Shown: positions 9,201 through 17,338 of the stretch, one piece after another | How positions within the stretch are numbered: the first letter of the stretch is position 1 | How the letters are laid out: each line of letters opens with the position of its first letter | Assembly (NCBI GenBank): GCA_033763315.1 | Contig: JANRKS010000034.1 | Coordinates: 340-64,339 of the forward strand | Length of the DNA: 64,000 nucleotides | From: Deltaproteobacteria bacterium | GTDB lineage: Bacteria; Myxococcota_A; Polyangia; Fen-1088 | Direction: 5' to 3' | Translations under genes and position numbers: made by a program | Notes under the pieces: model-generated | Told to the model about the DNA's origin: nothing | Database searches by the model: none | Seen by the model: only the letters and a program-made list of their open reading frames with translations

Positions 9201-12200
9201 GTTTAGAACTTTGTTCGGATCGGTATAAGCCAAGTAGCCCTGGCTGACGGAGCTGACCACACAAGTGTCTCCACAAAAAGGTTGGTCGACCTGAACGAAA
9301 GAGCCACCACGGAAAACTGTGTAACGCGTGTTGACCCCGGGTCGAAGGGTGTAAGTGGTTGGACCCACAACACAGGTGGCCGCAAGTCCATTGCTCACCT
9401 TTGGGTTGTAACAGTTATTCCGCCTCAGCTCATCACGCGTGAAATAGCGATCAAGATAAATTGTGCTTCCCGTGTTTTTGGTGACCGGGTAGTAGGGAAA
9501 GTAGTAGTCGTCCGGCCAATTGTCTTTGTCGTTGGCGTCAACAACCCCGTTGTTGTCGCGATCATAAGTGCTGCCGTCGGCACTGCCTTGGCTTAAGCCC
9601 ATCATGCCAAAGTTCATGATGTCTTCGTTGTTCAGAAATACGTTCTTCAACACTCGTTTTGCCACGACGGAGCGGCTGGTTGCCGGCACGCATTCATCGC
9701 CCGCGAACGTCGTGCCGTAGCCGGCATAGGTGCAATCGGAGTCCACCGCACAAAAGGTCTGCCGTAAGCGGCACATCTTTGCAGGGCCCCTGTTGGTCTG
9801 GTTGATCACGCACGTGTCGGTGGTGTTGACGCCCTGGCACTCATTGACGCTGCCGCCTTGGCAAACGTTCGGCGTTACGCCTTGGCACGAGTTGTCTTGA
9901 GCGTTGCAAGGGTTGGGCTTACAGAACGAGCTTGAGCCCGTGGGCAGAGAGCCCGTGTTAAGCGCCGTGACTTCAGCAGGTGTGAGGGCTTTGTTCCACA
10001 TCGCCACCTCGGAGATTATGCCGTCAGAGTACTCCTCTGGCCGGTCGTTGTTGAGGCCGGCGCCGAAGAGTATCGGCTGGCTGTTCGCCCTACAGTTGCC
10101 CGACTTGGGTGTGCTGGCCACCAAGGTGCCGTCACGGTAGAGCTTGAGGTTGGCGCCGTCGTACGTGCCCACGAGGTGGTACCATTGGTTTAGCGTCGGC
10201 CCGATGGTGTCTGCAACCGAGGTGTTGTCCAAAACGAATTCCATCTTTCCAGCGCCGTTGACCCACAAACCCATGAAGTCACCTGCGCTGTTTGGCCCGT
10301 CTTGTTGATGAACCCACCAACGGGTGCTGCTTGCGAGTTTCTTTTGCACCCAGGCACTCACCGTGAACTGATCGGCCACCTTGCCGTCAAGCACCGTGCT
10401 CGGAACTTCGCTGTACTGCCAATAAGAGTAAGAGAGCGCCTTATCGGTAGGAGACCCGGTGTGCCCCGCCACCCACCCGGGCATGCCGTTGCCACAGCCT
10501 GCGCCCGTCTGGTTGCGAGTTAAGGCGACGCTGTTCCAACAGTAAACGGACGCGGGATGATTGTAAGATGATTGATCGGCAAGAGTCACCCCTGTGCCTT
10601 CATCCCATTTCCAATGGCCGAGCAGGTTTGCACCGCCAGCGCTAGCGCTTGAGGCCTTGTTTCCCGCGGCCACGGCCTCAAGCTCGCTCTGCGTAAGCAC
10701 ACGGTTGTAGATGCGTACGTCATCAATGAGGCCTTGAAAGTGATTGGTGCCATCGGTCCCAGCGGATCCGTCGCGCTCGGCACCAATGAACACATCCGCA
10801 CCGGCGGGCGTGCTGCCGGGCGTGAAGGTGGTGGAGGCCACGTTCGTGACGGCGCCCGCGCCCACCTTCTTCCACAGGATGGCAGACCCAGGCGAAACGG
10901 TGGCCGCGCCGAACACCCATGTGCCGTTGGTGACACGAACTGAGTCTCTCGTATTTCCTGCCCCGCCCCCCCAAGTAAGCGATTGCGGAACGAAGTCACC
11001 GGGACCCTTTATCCCCAAACCATAGTGGTCCGCCCAAGATACGTTCTCTTGCCGATTGACGATCCAACTTGAATAGATGCCCGCGCCTACGTCCACGTTT
11101 TGTTGGAACCACGCCGTGATCGTGTAAGTGCCGAGGCCAACGTCCAGGTTACCACCCACAGCGGCGGGGACCTCGAAATGCGCGGTCCCTGAAAGAGACG
11201 CCGCCTGTCCATATTTGCCTGCCGTGTACGTTGCGCCGTTATAGCCAATGGCGTTGTTCGCCTTGCCGGAGCTATCATTGCCGTTGCCTTCAAAGTCGAG
11301 TCGCAGCACAAGACCAGGCTCCGCATTTGTGCCCACCAAAGCCCCTATCTCTGCGTCGGACAGCACGGTGTTGTAGAGGCGAAAATCATCAATTAAGCCG
11401 TTGAACTTGTTGGCGGAGCCTCCGGCCCGCGAACCAACAAAGAGATTTCCTGAAGCGGACGCGAGCGCGCCCGGCGCGCCCGCGCTTTCATCAACCTTGA
11501 CGCCCTCAACGTAAGTCTTCAGCGTTCCCGTTGCGCCGTCCCAAGTGACTGCGACGTGGTGCCACGTGTTCAGCGACAACGGCGATGTGCCACCGCCAAC
11601 TGAACCACCTGACGATGCAACCGTAGGGTACATAGCTGCCGAGGGGCCCATCAACAGGCGATATTCAATTCCTCCATTTGGCTGTCTTTGGAGAATCCAT
11701 TCGTCGCCCGCGAGGGCGGGTGCGGATGGACGATAGATCCACGCCGCCATTGTAAGCTTGTCGGTCACCTTATCAAGGTTGCCACCCGCGTTCGCATTGA
11801 CGATCGTGTCTCCGTTCGCAGAATCTGCGGCCTGACCAAGAACGCCTGTGGCGTAGGCAGGGGTGCTAAACGATGCGTTTGCGCCGTTGCCCGAGGCGTC
11901 TGTGGTATCGCCGTCGAACTTATAGTGAACGAACAACCCAGCAGGGGTTGCATTGGAATCGGCCGTGTAAAGCGCTGTGATCTCGGCGTCGGAAAGCACC
12001 GAGTTGTAGACACGGGTATTGTCCAACTGGCCCCCCACGGGGTTGTAGTAATTAGGCCCCGGGCCAGCACAAACAGCAAGCTCCTTCGTTTGCGTCGAGA
12101 TGGTCTGGCTCACGCTCTGGGTGCTCACCAAAGCACCATTGATGTAAAGCTTCACCTGGCTGCCATTCCACGTTGCCGCCAAATGGTTCCAAGCATTCAA

Positions 12201-13253
12201 CTGAACGTTCGTGGCCGAAGTGCGAGGCCACGTGCCGAAGTTGCCCCCAAGGACCAAGCCGAAGGTGTTGTCGCCCCACAGGGTCATCTCGTATCCACCC
12301 GACCAACTCACAAGCTTCTGGTCGCCCGTGCCCTTACGATAAACCCAGGTGCTGATGGTGACCGTGTTGCCAAGTTGCAGATTGGCCGTGGTGCCCTGGG
12401 TCCACCCTTGATCTGAACAATCGATTGACGAGCCCGCGCCACCAAAGCCCGCAGCGCGTTTGGCGCCCGCCGTAAATGAACCTGTGTGGCCCGTTCCAGA
12501 ATGGTCGGTGATTGTGCCTGTGCCGGCCGCTTCATCGTACTTGAAGTGCACCTGCAAACCTGTTGTGGGTGCGCCGTTGGGAGGCGCGGCCACTTGGCAA
12601 TCGGCATCGGCGCTGCAAGTCTGCGTGGGCTTGTCAGAGCAATACCGAATGGGACAGCTGTTGCCCGGGCTGTTGCACACCGCGTTTCCATCTGCGCATC
12701 GCCCTGCCACGGCACAAGGTACAATCGAAGAGCAGAACGCCCCTGTGAGCTTGCACGTGCTTACTTGCGGCCCACAGTCTGCGTTGTACTGGCACGGCTT
12801 GCCTGTGCTTGAGCAAACACTGCCAACGGAGGGGCAATCAAAATCTTGTAAGCACGGGTCACCACCATACTTGCACGCGCCCACGCGGCACTGCGAATCG
12901 TTTGAGCACAAACGCGGAATGGTGCCCACACAGGTTGCGTAAGGGCAAGGGCGGGTGGCGTTCAGGCATTGTCCGGTTTGCGAGACTTCGCGGCAACCCT
13001 CACCAAGGTCACAGTCAACGCCCAGCTCCGTGGCGGCATCGAACTGCTCCCCGGGCACCCCGGTCATGGATCCCGAAGTGTCGAGCACCACCAGCATGTT
13101 CCCCTTCTTGAGCTGCCGGGTGATCATGTTGAGCGGACTGACCTTGGCTTGCGCCACAGGCACACCTCGTATGCCAGGCCAGGGAAACAAGCTCAAGTAC
13201 ACACTTAGCGCCACAATGTGGGCAATGATGTTGCGAAAGCGTGAAGACCGCAT
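6222..13253 (-). CDS. Giant (2343 aa) PilY1/PilC-like adhesin: signal peptide, N-terminal vWA MIDAS motif, Cys-rich modules, four LamG/ConA-like (LamG_3) domains, a vWA-like core, and a C-terminal PilY1 beta-propeller.
   Basis: N-terminal signal peptide, then MLVVLDTSGSMTG (vWA DxSxS MIDAS motif). Cys-rich stretches (CxxGxCxxxxDC...). Four ~180-aa LamG-type units, each ending in a signature such as IDDFRLYNTVLSDAEIGAL, IDDVRIYNRVLTQSELEAV, or ISEVAMWNKALTPAEVTAL. Later FILLITDGETNGPGD and KTYVIGFSPD (vWA beta4/TDG region). C-terminal LVYAAGDDGMLHAFF...AFAYVPPEMLATL resembles the Neisseria PilC / Pseudomonas PilY1 beta-propeller motif (VYVGANDGMLHAF). Confidence 0.85.
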   Translation of the reverse strand: MRSSRFRNIIAHIVALSVYLSLFPWPGIRGVPVAQAKVSPLNMITRQLKKGNMLVVLDTSGSMTGVPGEQFDAATELGVDCDLGEGCREVSQTGQCLNATRPCPYATCVGTIPRLCSNDSQCRVGACKYGGDPCLQDFDCPSVGSVCSSTGKPCQYNADCGPQVSTCKLTGAFCSSIVPCAVAGRCADGNAVCNSPGNSCPIRYCSDKPTQTCSADADCQVAAPPNGAPTTGLQVHFKYDEAAGTGTITDHSGTGHTGSFTAGAKRAAGFGGAGSSIDCSDQGWTQGTTANLQLGNTVTISTWVYRKGTGDQKLVSWSGGYEMTLWGDNTFGLVLGGNFGTWPRTSATNVQLNAWNHLAATWNGSQVKLYINGALVSTQSVSQTISTQTKELAVCAGPGPNYYNPVGGQLDNTRVYNSVLSDAEITALYTADSNATPAGLFVHYKFDGDTTDASGNGANASFSTPAYATGVLGQAADSANGDTIVNANAGGNLDKVTDKLTMAAWIYRPSAPALAGDEWILQRQPNGGIEYRLLMGPSAAMYPTVASSGGSVGGGTSPLSLNTWHHVAVTWDGATGTLKTYVEGVKVDESAGAPGALASASGNLFVGSRAGGSANKFNGLIDDFRLYNTVLSDAEIGALVGTNAEPGLVLRLDFEGNGNDSSGKANNAIGYNGATYTAGKYGQAASLSGTAHFEVPAAVGGNLDVGLGTYTITAWFQQNVDVGAGIYSSWIVNRQENVSWADHYGLGIKGPGDFVPQSLTWGGGAGNTRDSVRVTNGTWVFGAATVSPGSAILWKKVGAGAVTNVASTTFTPGSTPAGADVFIGAERDGSAGTDGTNHFQGLIDDVRIYNRVLTQSELEAVAAGNKASSASAGGANLLGHWKWDEGTGVTLADQSSYNHPASVYCWNSVALTRNQTGAGCGNGMPGWVAGHTGSPTDKALSYSYWQYSEVPSTVLDGKVADQFTVSAWVQKKLASSTRWWVHQQDGPNSAGDFMGLWVNGAGKMEFVLDNTSVADTIGPTLNQWYHLVGTYDGANLKLYRDGTLVASTPKSGNCRANSQPILFGAGLNNDRPEEYSDGIISEVAMWNKALTPAEVTALNTGSLPTGSSSFCKPNPCNAQDNSCQGVTPNVCQGGSVNECQGVNTTDTCVINQTNRGPAKMCRLRQTFCAVDSDCTYAGYGTTFAGDECVPATSRSVVAKRVLKNVFLNNEDIMNFGMMGLSQGSADGSTYDRDNNGVVDANDKDNWPDDYYFPYYPVTKNTGSTIYLDRYFTRDELRRNNCYNPKVSNGLAATCVVGPTTYTLRPGVNTRYTVFRGGSFVQVDQPFCGDTCVVSSVSQGYLAYTDPNKVLNGTNNTDARGTSKFAGAIYQYTVPSGDYTDSDKPVFLKTYQGNNTTISGVNYTYFKPRNDYYWDPQAGANRPAIKGAQCSDKCSIQCGGNWDPNLVPFMDTTDVPAAAQANMAKMLPMLEKARDGGFMHWERSPLGCALINDFADGAVPAPLDKKRYSAWNYLDDVKSTDYLPCRDNFILLITDGETNGPGDIEPDPNNPGKMRTSCDVANHPACRVQWDDPNATAAGCPCKSIQNALQLRKSVAQGGLNVKTYVIGFSPDATLGTSFDVNENIARAGGTCRSPFDNTVDPTGAKDHCAFLANNETELQDAIQAVIFDAIKGSYSTTPASATSGTQVDDKKLTPGGILFDARVDFPSWRGHLMAYDTNNIDPVTLQPKLMWDAGSPTNFADIDDSATYSSWTAWKKRRVYTSAGGTMVRFDVEQNSGAILNRDVLLALGLGSTNDEAERIAQWMLGDPRQRNKAVLGAFVNSTPIEVGPPGLTSLPGGRRFFDDNKTRVSLVYAAGDDGMLHAFFTRDTTVGGQTYKGGEEAFAYVPPEMLATLTSVYAQGGQKPDPRKHIFGLTSSPKVKNVCWQNCDDDATAVWKSIMVMTDGWGGTEAFMLDVTTPFVSNNFANPPVNLVWHTDTVMPADKAAYDRALGNTVSVPAFYYGKNTTKDDYRVVMASGYKSETPTDASQGITLVNVSAKMGTLLDADTVTGTACSTTELTTITDVAAARNFDFREQQQMLASYFGDTWGNLWRYVPAQVGANNNTGTTGNLSLVQAVGCQHPLHFAPTVVQLDRDDPLNHPGEIYLVQVTNSALDPQTDAFASSKMIIRKEVRAASSGGVTPDLTWASGGRLEYDVGSSSLCGIWDPSGNSGAGACTQSLPANSRPTGTPLAILKADGTGFVIMSLWFAPPTNVCGQGRSYLLVHTMELGGVGFKQRAGLGLVNEAVTSAVIVDKKVVYTDSQGKVHDVTDQLNQTFLAGGAISDVTRNGGLRFQQTGWVEVP

Positions 13254-13388
13254 TCAACAAACGTAGAGCAAACGCTGGGCCGTCTTCGTATCTCAGCATC
13301 TACGCGTGCTTCGCGATCGCGTTTCGGCCGCAGACTGACGATTTTCGTCACTTTGGGTTCGCGCAGCCGCAAGATCTTGCGTAGCTGA

Positions 13389-13402
13389 TGTCACTTGTGA
13401 CA
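13389..13402. promoter_or_regulatory. Perfect palindrome TGTCAC-tt-GTGACA in the divergent intergenic region between the PilY1-like gene and the second two-component operon.
   Basis: Read directly: ...gatgTCACttGTGAcaagc. It lies ~135 bp upstream of the ATG at 13253 (minus strand) and ~175 bp upstream of the regulator ORF at 13575. Candidate operator for a dimeric HTH regulator. Confidence 0.3.
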
Positions 13403-13574
13403 AGCCGCAGATCCGCACATCGTTCGATCCGCCGACCTAAACGGAGGAAGGTCCAACTGCGCTTGGAGGCTGAATGCGGCGCCGATCGCGCGCACAAATG
13501 ACGTCATTAATGACTAGGTCGGCGCCCCCGTCCCCTGCAGCGGGCTCTCCGCCGCGACAGAACAAAGGCATGTT

Positions 13575-14309
13575 GTGTACAAGCGCCCCTATTGTTGGCG
13601 CCCACGCCTGAGAAGGGTTCACTTGCAGTTCGCCGAGGTTCCAAAGCCCTACACTATTCTCATCGTGGACGATCACTTCGTTGCGCGATGCGGATTGCGC
13701 GGATTGTTTGAAACTCAGCCTGACCTTCACGTCGTGGCGGAATCGAACGACGGTGAGTCCGCTGTGCTCGCGTACCGCGAACATAAGCCTGATCTGGTGA
13801 CGATGGATGCCCGTATGCCTCGGCTCAATGGCTCCGCGGCAACACGTCAGATTCTGAAAGACGATCCCGACGCCCGGATCCTCTTTGTGTCGAGCTTTGA
13901 CTCCGAATCCGACGTTCGCGCTGCGCTCGCGGCAGGCGCCCGAGGTTACCTGACGAAGTCGGCCGAACCAACTGAACTGCTGACTGCCGTCCGAACGGTT
14001 GCGCGTGGTGAGCGCTACGTCCCACGGGGCCTTGCGGAGATGCTTGCGCGCGCCGAGGAGCCACACCTGAGCCAACGCGAGAGGAAGCTATTGACCTTGA
14101 TAGCCCGGGGGCTTTCCAACCGCTACGCAGCCCTGGAATTGGGCCTCAGCGCCGGCTCTGTGCGCATCTATGCGAGCCAATTGTTCGGCAAGCTCGGCGT
14201 GAAAAAACGCGGCGAGTTGGTGGCCATCGCTTTGCAACGGGGTTTGATTGAGGCCAACCGGGAGGACAATCTGGCTCCTCAAAATACCCTCGGACCGACA
14301 CGGTGTTGA
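13575..14309 (+). CDS. NarL/FixJ-family response regulator (REC + LuxR HTH), paralog of 1965..2597.
   Basis: ILIVDDHFVARCGLRGLF...PDLVTMDARMP...ILFVSS, then LSQRERKLLTLIARGLSNRYAALELGLSAGSVRIYASQLFGKLG. The track ORF gives a 26-aa N-terminal extension; the true start may be an internal alternative. The stop overlaps the kinase start by 7 nt. Confidence 0.85.
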   Translation: MYKRPYCWRPRLRRVHLQFAEVPKPYTILIVDDHFVARCGLRGLFETQPDLHVVAESNDGESAVLAYREHKPDLVTMDARMPRLNGSAATRQILKDDPDARILFVSSFDSESDVRAALAAGARGYLTKSAEPTELLTAVRTVARGERYVPRGLAEMLARAEEPHLSQRERKLLTLIARGLSNRYAALELGLSAGSVRIYASQLFGKLGVKKRGELVAIALQRGLIEANREDNLAPQNTLGPTRC

Positions 14310-17300
14310 ACGTGTCCAAGTGGGATTTGGCGCTTGGATTTCTTTTGGTTGTGGCTTGGCCGGCCACCGCCATGCCTGCGGGGGAGCAGCGAAGTGAACG
14401 TGGGCCTATAGCCCCTTTTGCGTTTCAGCAGGGCGAGGTTTGGCAGGCCTCGCAAAAGGTTTTCGCGCTTGCCCAAACCAGCGATGGTTTCTTGTGGGCC
14501 GGCACTGATAGCGGTTTGATCCGCTACGACGGACGCGACATCAAGAAATTCACCTCATCTGACACCTACGGACTACGTGAAAACATCGTGACTGCCCTGG
14601 CAACAGACAAAGGCAGGATGCTGTGGCTAGGACTCGAGGGAGGCAGAGGCTTGGCTGGAATGCGCAATGACCGAGTGGAATGGGTGGCGGAAGGACACGC
14701 GCTCCAGGGCCATTCGATCACGGCACTGGTCGTAGATGAACTAGGTGTCGCCTGGGCAGGCACAAAGGGCGGGTTGTTCCGTTATGACCATTCCACATCG
14801 GGTGGCTTAGAACGGTATGCCGCTTGGCCAGGTGGCGAGGTCTTCGTTCTGGCACCAGCTGCGGATGGGAACGGCATTTGGGTCGCTGGAAGCCAAGGGC
14901 TGTTTCGCGCAAGGAATAGCGGAATTGAGCGATACGCAGAGCTGTTCGCTGTCTCTGCGCTGGTTGACAAAGGTGGCGGCGAGCTTGTTGTGGCCGATGC
15001 GTCTGCGGGGTTGCTACGAGTGCAGGCGAACACCACTCCGTCGGTACTGGTTGCGGCGCCCCCGGGAAGCGATGGGACCAAGTTTTCCGCTTTGGCGATG
15101 GCCTCTGACGGACGTATCTGGGCCGGCTGGGGTACCGGCGCCGGCATTCTAACCGGCAACACCATTACACCGGTCCTCGAGACCAGGTCCGAAGTCGTGG
15201 ACCTGCTCTGCGATCAAGAAGGCAACACCTGGGCCGCCAGCTTCTGGGGATTGGTCTATAAGGCCATCGCTCCACGCGTTGCCTTCACCTCGCAACCGGA
15301 CAAACTGCCTGTCGTCTTTGGCGTGACCAGCGATGAAGACGGCGCGATCTGGGCCGCCCAGTTTATGTCTGTGACCCGCATCGATCCCACAACAGGCACG
15401 AACCAGCGATGGGACAGCGGTACCTCGTTTGGTGGTTGGTGTCCCCGGGGTGCCATGCGTGCTGCAGAAGGCGGCGTTTGGTTCCCAACCTGCGACAAGG
15501 GGCTATTCCGCTTCTCTGCTGGCAAGTGGCATCACCCGGGCGCGAAACACCCTGAGAGGGCACAGTTTATCCATTCCCTTTTCGAAAGCGGCGACGGCCA
15601 AGTCTGGATTGGCACAGGGCTTGGTGAGGTCTTTGCCATGGACAAAGGGGGCGCAACAACCCATCACACATTGACCACAGGAACCTGCCTCTCCAAAGAC
15701 CTGCAACGGCGGCCAGGCGTGCGTGAGGAGTGCGGCTTCGCTATCGTGGCCATTACCGAGGACAAAGAGGGTACGATATGGGCTGCGTCTCGCTCTGCCG
15801 GGCTGCATCGCATCCAAGGCAACTCCACCCGTACATTCACGGTTAACGACGGCCTTCCGACGAACAACCTTACGGCATTGCTTGCGGACGGGAACGACCT
15901 GTGGATCGGGACTCAAGGCAATGGTTTGGTTCGCTATCGCCAGGGTGCATTTGCCACCGCTCAAGCGTCAGCCGGTCTTCCGGGGAGCAGCGTGCACGGC
16001 ATACTACAAGACGCCGAAGGATGGCTTTGGCTGACCACAGAAGAGGGCGTCGTCCGCGCAAACAAGGCCGACGTCGAAGCGTATTTCGCCCACACTCGCC
16101 ATGATCTGGGCGCCAGTCTCCTTGTTGATGGCCATGGGTCCAATCCATTCATTCCACTACAGGGCTATCCTGGTGTCATTCATCGAACAGAGTCGGGGAC
16201 CTTGCTGGTGCCAACCGATCACGGCATTTTGTGGGTTGCAACTGAACGAATCTCGCAAACCAAGGGCTTTGCGTCACCGCACTTGGAGTTCGTGCGATTG
16301 CAAGGGGCCCCGCAAAACACAAATACCCCCCATCGTGTGGATTTGCCTGTGGGGGTCGAAGCCCTATCCTCGTTGTCCTACAAGATTGTCGTACCCAATT
16401 TCACTGCGAGTCATCGTATCGTCCTTCGGTACCGCTTACGAGGGCACGAGACGACGTGGCGACAGGCCAATTCAGAACAGCCAATTGAGTACTTGGCCGT
16501 GCCGGCGGGAGAGTACACTTTTGAGGCGTTGGCGGTCTTGGATGGCCAAGCCTGGGCGCCGCCTCTGTTGGCTCCTCAAGTCACCGTCACAAGTTTCCGG
16601 CAGCGCCCTGTTTTCTTCGTTCTTCTGGGGCTGCTGATCTTCCCGGTCTTGGGCGTTGTCTACGTGGTTCGTTTGCATGCAAAACAGCTAGCCAGCCGCC
16701 GAGTGGCTCATGAACGGAATCGCATCGCCCGCGAGTTGCATGACTCGCTGGCCCAGTACTTAAATGGGATCACAATGCAGCTAGAGCGGTCGCGCACAGT
16801 GGGCTGCAAGTCGCCTGGACTCCTGGACGAGATCATTGACTATACCCAGTCCCTTGTGGCGCGCTGCCTGCAAGAAGCCCGGCAATCGATCCAAAATTTG
16901 CGTCAGCATGAAGACCACAAGACAGATCTCCAGGCAGCGATCACCCTCTTGGCAGAGCAAGTCCTTACCATGACGGCTGCACAAAACGTTGAGGTGAAGG
17001 TCTCGATTCGAGGCACGCCCAAGCTCGTTGATTACGAAACTCACTGTCACATCTTGCGAATGGCGCAAGAGGCCACCATGAATGCCCTGTTGCACGCCAA
17101 GGCGTCGGTCATCGAAATCTCACTTCATCAGGACCGTCATCATCTGACGTTGTCGGTGGAAGACAACGGAAGGGGTATCGACCACAGCCAGAAAGAGCGC
17201 CCATTTCACTTCGGTCTACGCGGCATGCAGGAAAGAGCTGAATCGGTGGGCGGTGAACTCACGATTGGCGAGCGTCCCACAGGGGGAACGCTCGTCAAAC

Positions 17301-17311
17301 TGAGGGTCTAG
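14303..17311 (+). CDS. Sensor histidine kinase (1002 aa): signal peptide, two-component regulator beta-propeller repeats, Y_Y_Y domain, one TM segment, HisKA_3 dimerisation domain, HATPase_c.
   Basis: Repeated SDGFLWAGTDSGLIRYDG-type propeller motifs. A Y_Y_Y-like segment (YKIVVPNFTASHRIVLRYRLRGHETTWRQ). TM PVFFVLLGLLIFPVLGVVYVV. HisKA_3 H-box ERNRIARELHDSLAQYL. ATPase N/G boxes (LLHAKASVIEISL, LSVEDNGRGID, GGELTIGERPTGGTLV). Confidence 0.9.
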   Translation: MLNVSKWDLALGFLLVVAWPATAMPAGEQRSERGPIAPFAFQQGEVWQASQKVFALAQTSDGFLWAGTDSGLIRYDGRDIKKFTSSDTYGLRENIVTALATDKGRMLWLGLEGGRGLAGMRNDRVEWVAEGHALQGHSITALVVDELGVAWAGTKGGLFRYDHSTSGGLERYAAWPGGEVFVLAPAADGNGIWVAGSQGLFRARNSGIERYAELFAVSALVDKGGGELVVADASAGLLRVQANTTPSVLVAAPPGSDGTKFSALAMASDGRIWAGWGTGAGILTGNTITPVLETRSEVVDLLCDQEGNTWAASFWGLVYKAIAPRVAFTSQPDKLPVVFGVTSDEDGAIWAAQFMSVTRIDPTTGTNQRWDSGTSFGGWCPRGAMRAAEGGVWFPTCDKGLFRFSAGKWHHPGAKHPERAQFIHSLFESGDGQVWIGTGLGEVFAMDKGGATTHHTLTTGTCLSKDLQRRPGVREECGFAIVAITEDKEGTIWAASRSAGLHRIQGNSTRTFTVNDGLPTNNLTALLADGNDLWIGTQGNGLVRYRQGAFATAQASAGLPGSSVHGILQDAEGWLWLTTEEGVVRANKADVEAYFAHTRHDLGASLLVDGHGSNPFIPLQGYPGVIHRTESGTLLVPTDHGILWVATERISQTKGFASPHLEFVRLQGAPQNTNTPHRVDLPVGVEALSSLSYKIVVPNFTASHRIVLRYRLRGHETTWRQANSEQPIEYLAVPAGEYTFEALAVLDGQAWAPPLLAPQVTVTSFRQRPVFFVLLGLLIFPVLGVVYVVRLHAKQLASRRVAHERNRIARELHDSLAQYLNGITMQLERSRTVGCKSPGLLDEIIDYTQSLVARCLQEARQSIQNLRQHEDHKTDLQAAITLLAEQVLTMTAAQNVEVKVSIRGTPKLVDYETHCHILRMAQEATMNALLHAKASVIEISLHQDRHHLTLSVEDNGRGIDHSQKERPFHFGLRGMQERAESVGGELTIGERPTGGTLVKLRV

Positions 17312-17338
17312 AAGCGGCTTGTCAGCTCCCTACAAATA

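Noticed and set aside
11688-12416. 242-aa ORF on the plus strand inside the PilY1-like gene. Similar long antisense ORFs: 22082..22876 (264 aa), 26235..27050 (271 aa), 36650..37186, 44805..46064 (419 aa), 50000..51034 (344 aa), 52006..52851 (281 aa), 60307..60957.
   Set aside because: All lie antisense to, or out of frame with, strongly supported genes. High-GC genomes generate long spurious ORFs. Their products are Arg/Pro/Ala-rich with no motifs.
13437-14075. 212-aa ORF antisense to the second response regulator gene.
   Set aside because: It overlaps a well-supported REC-HTH gene on the opposite strand and has no motifs.
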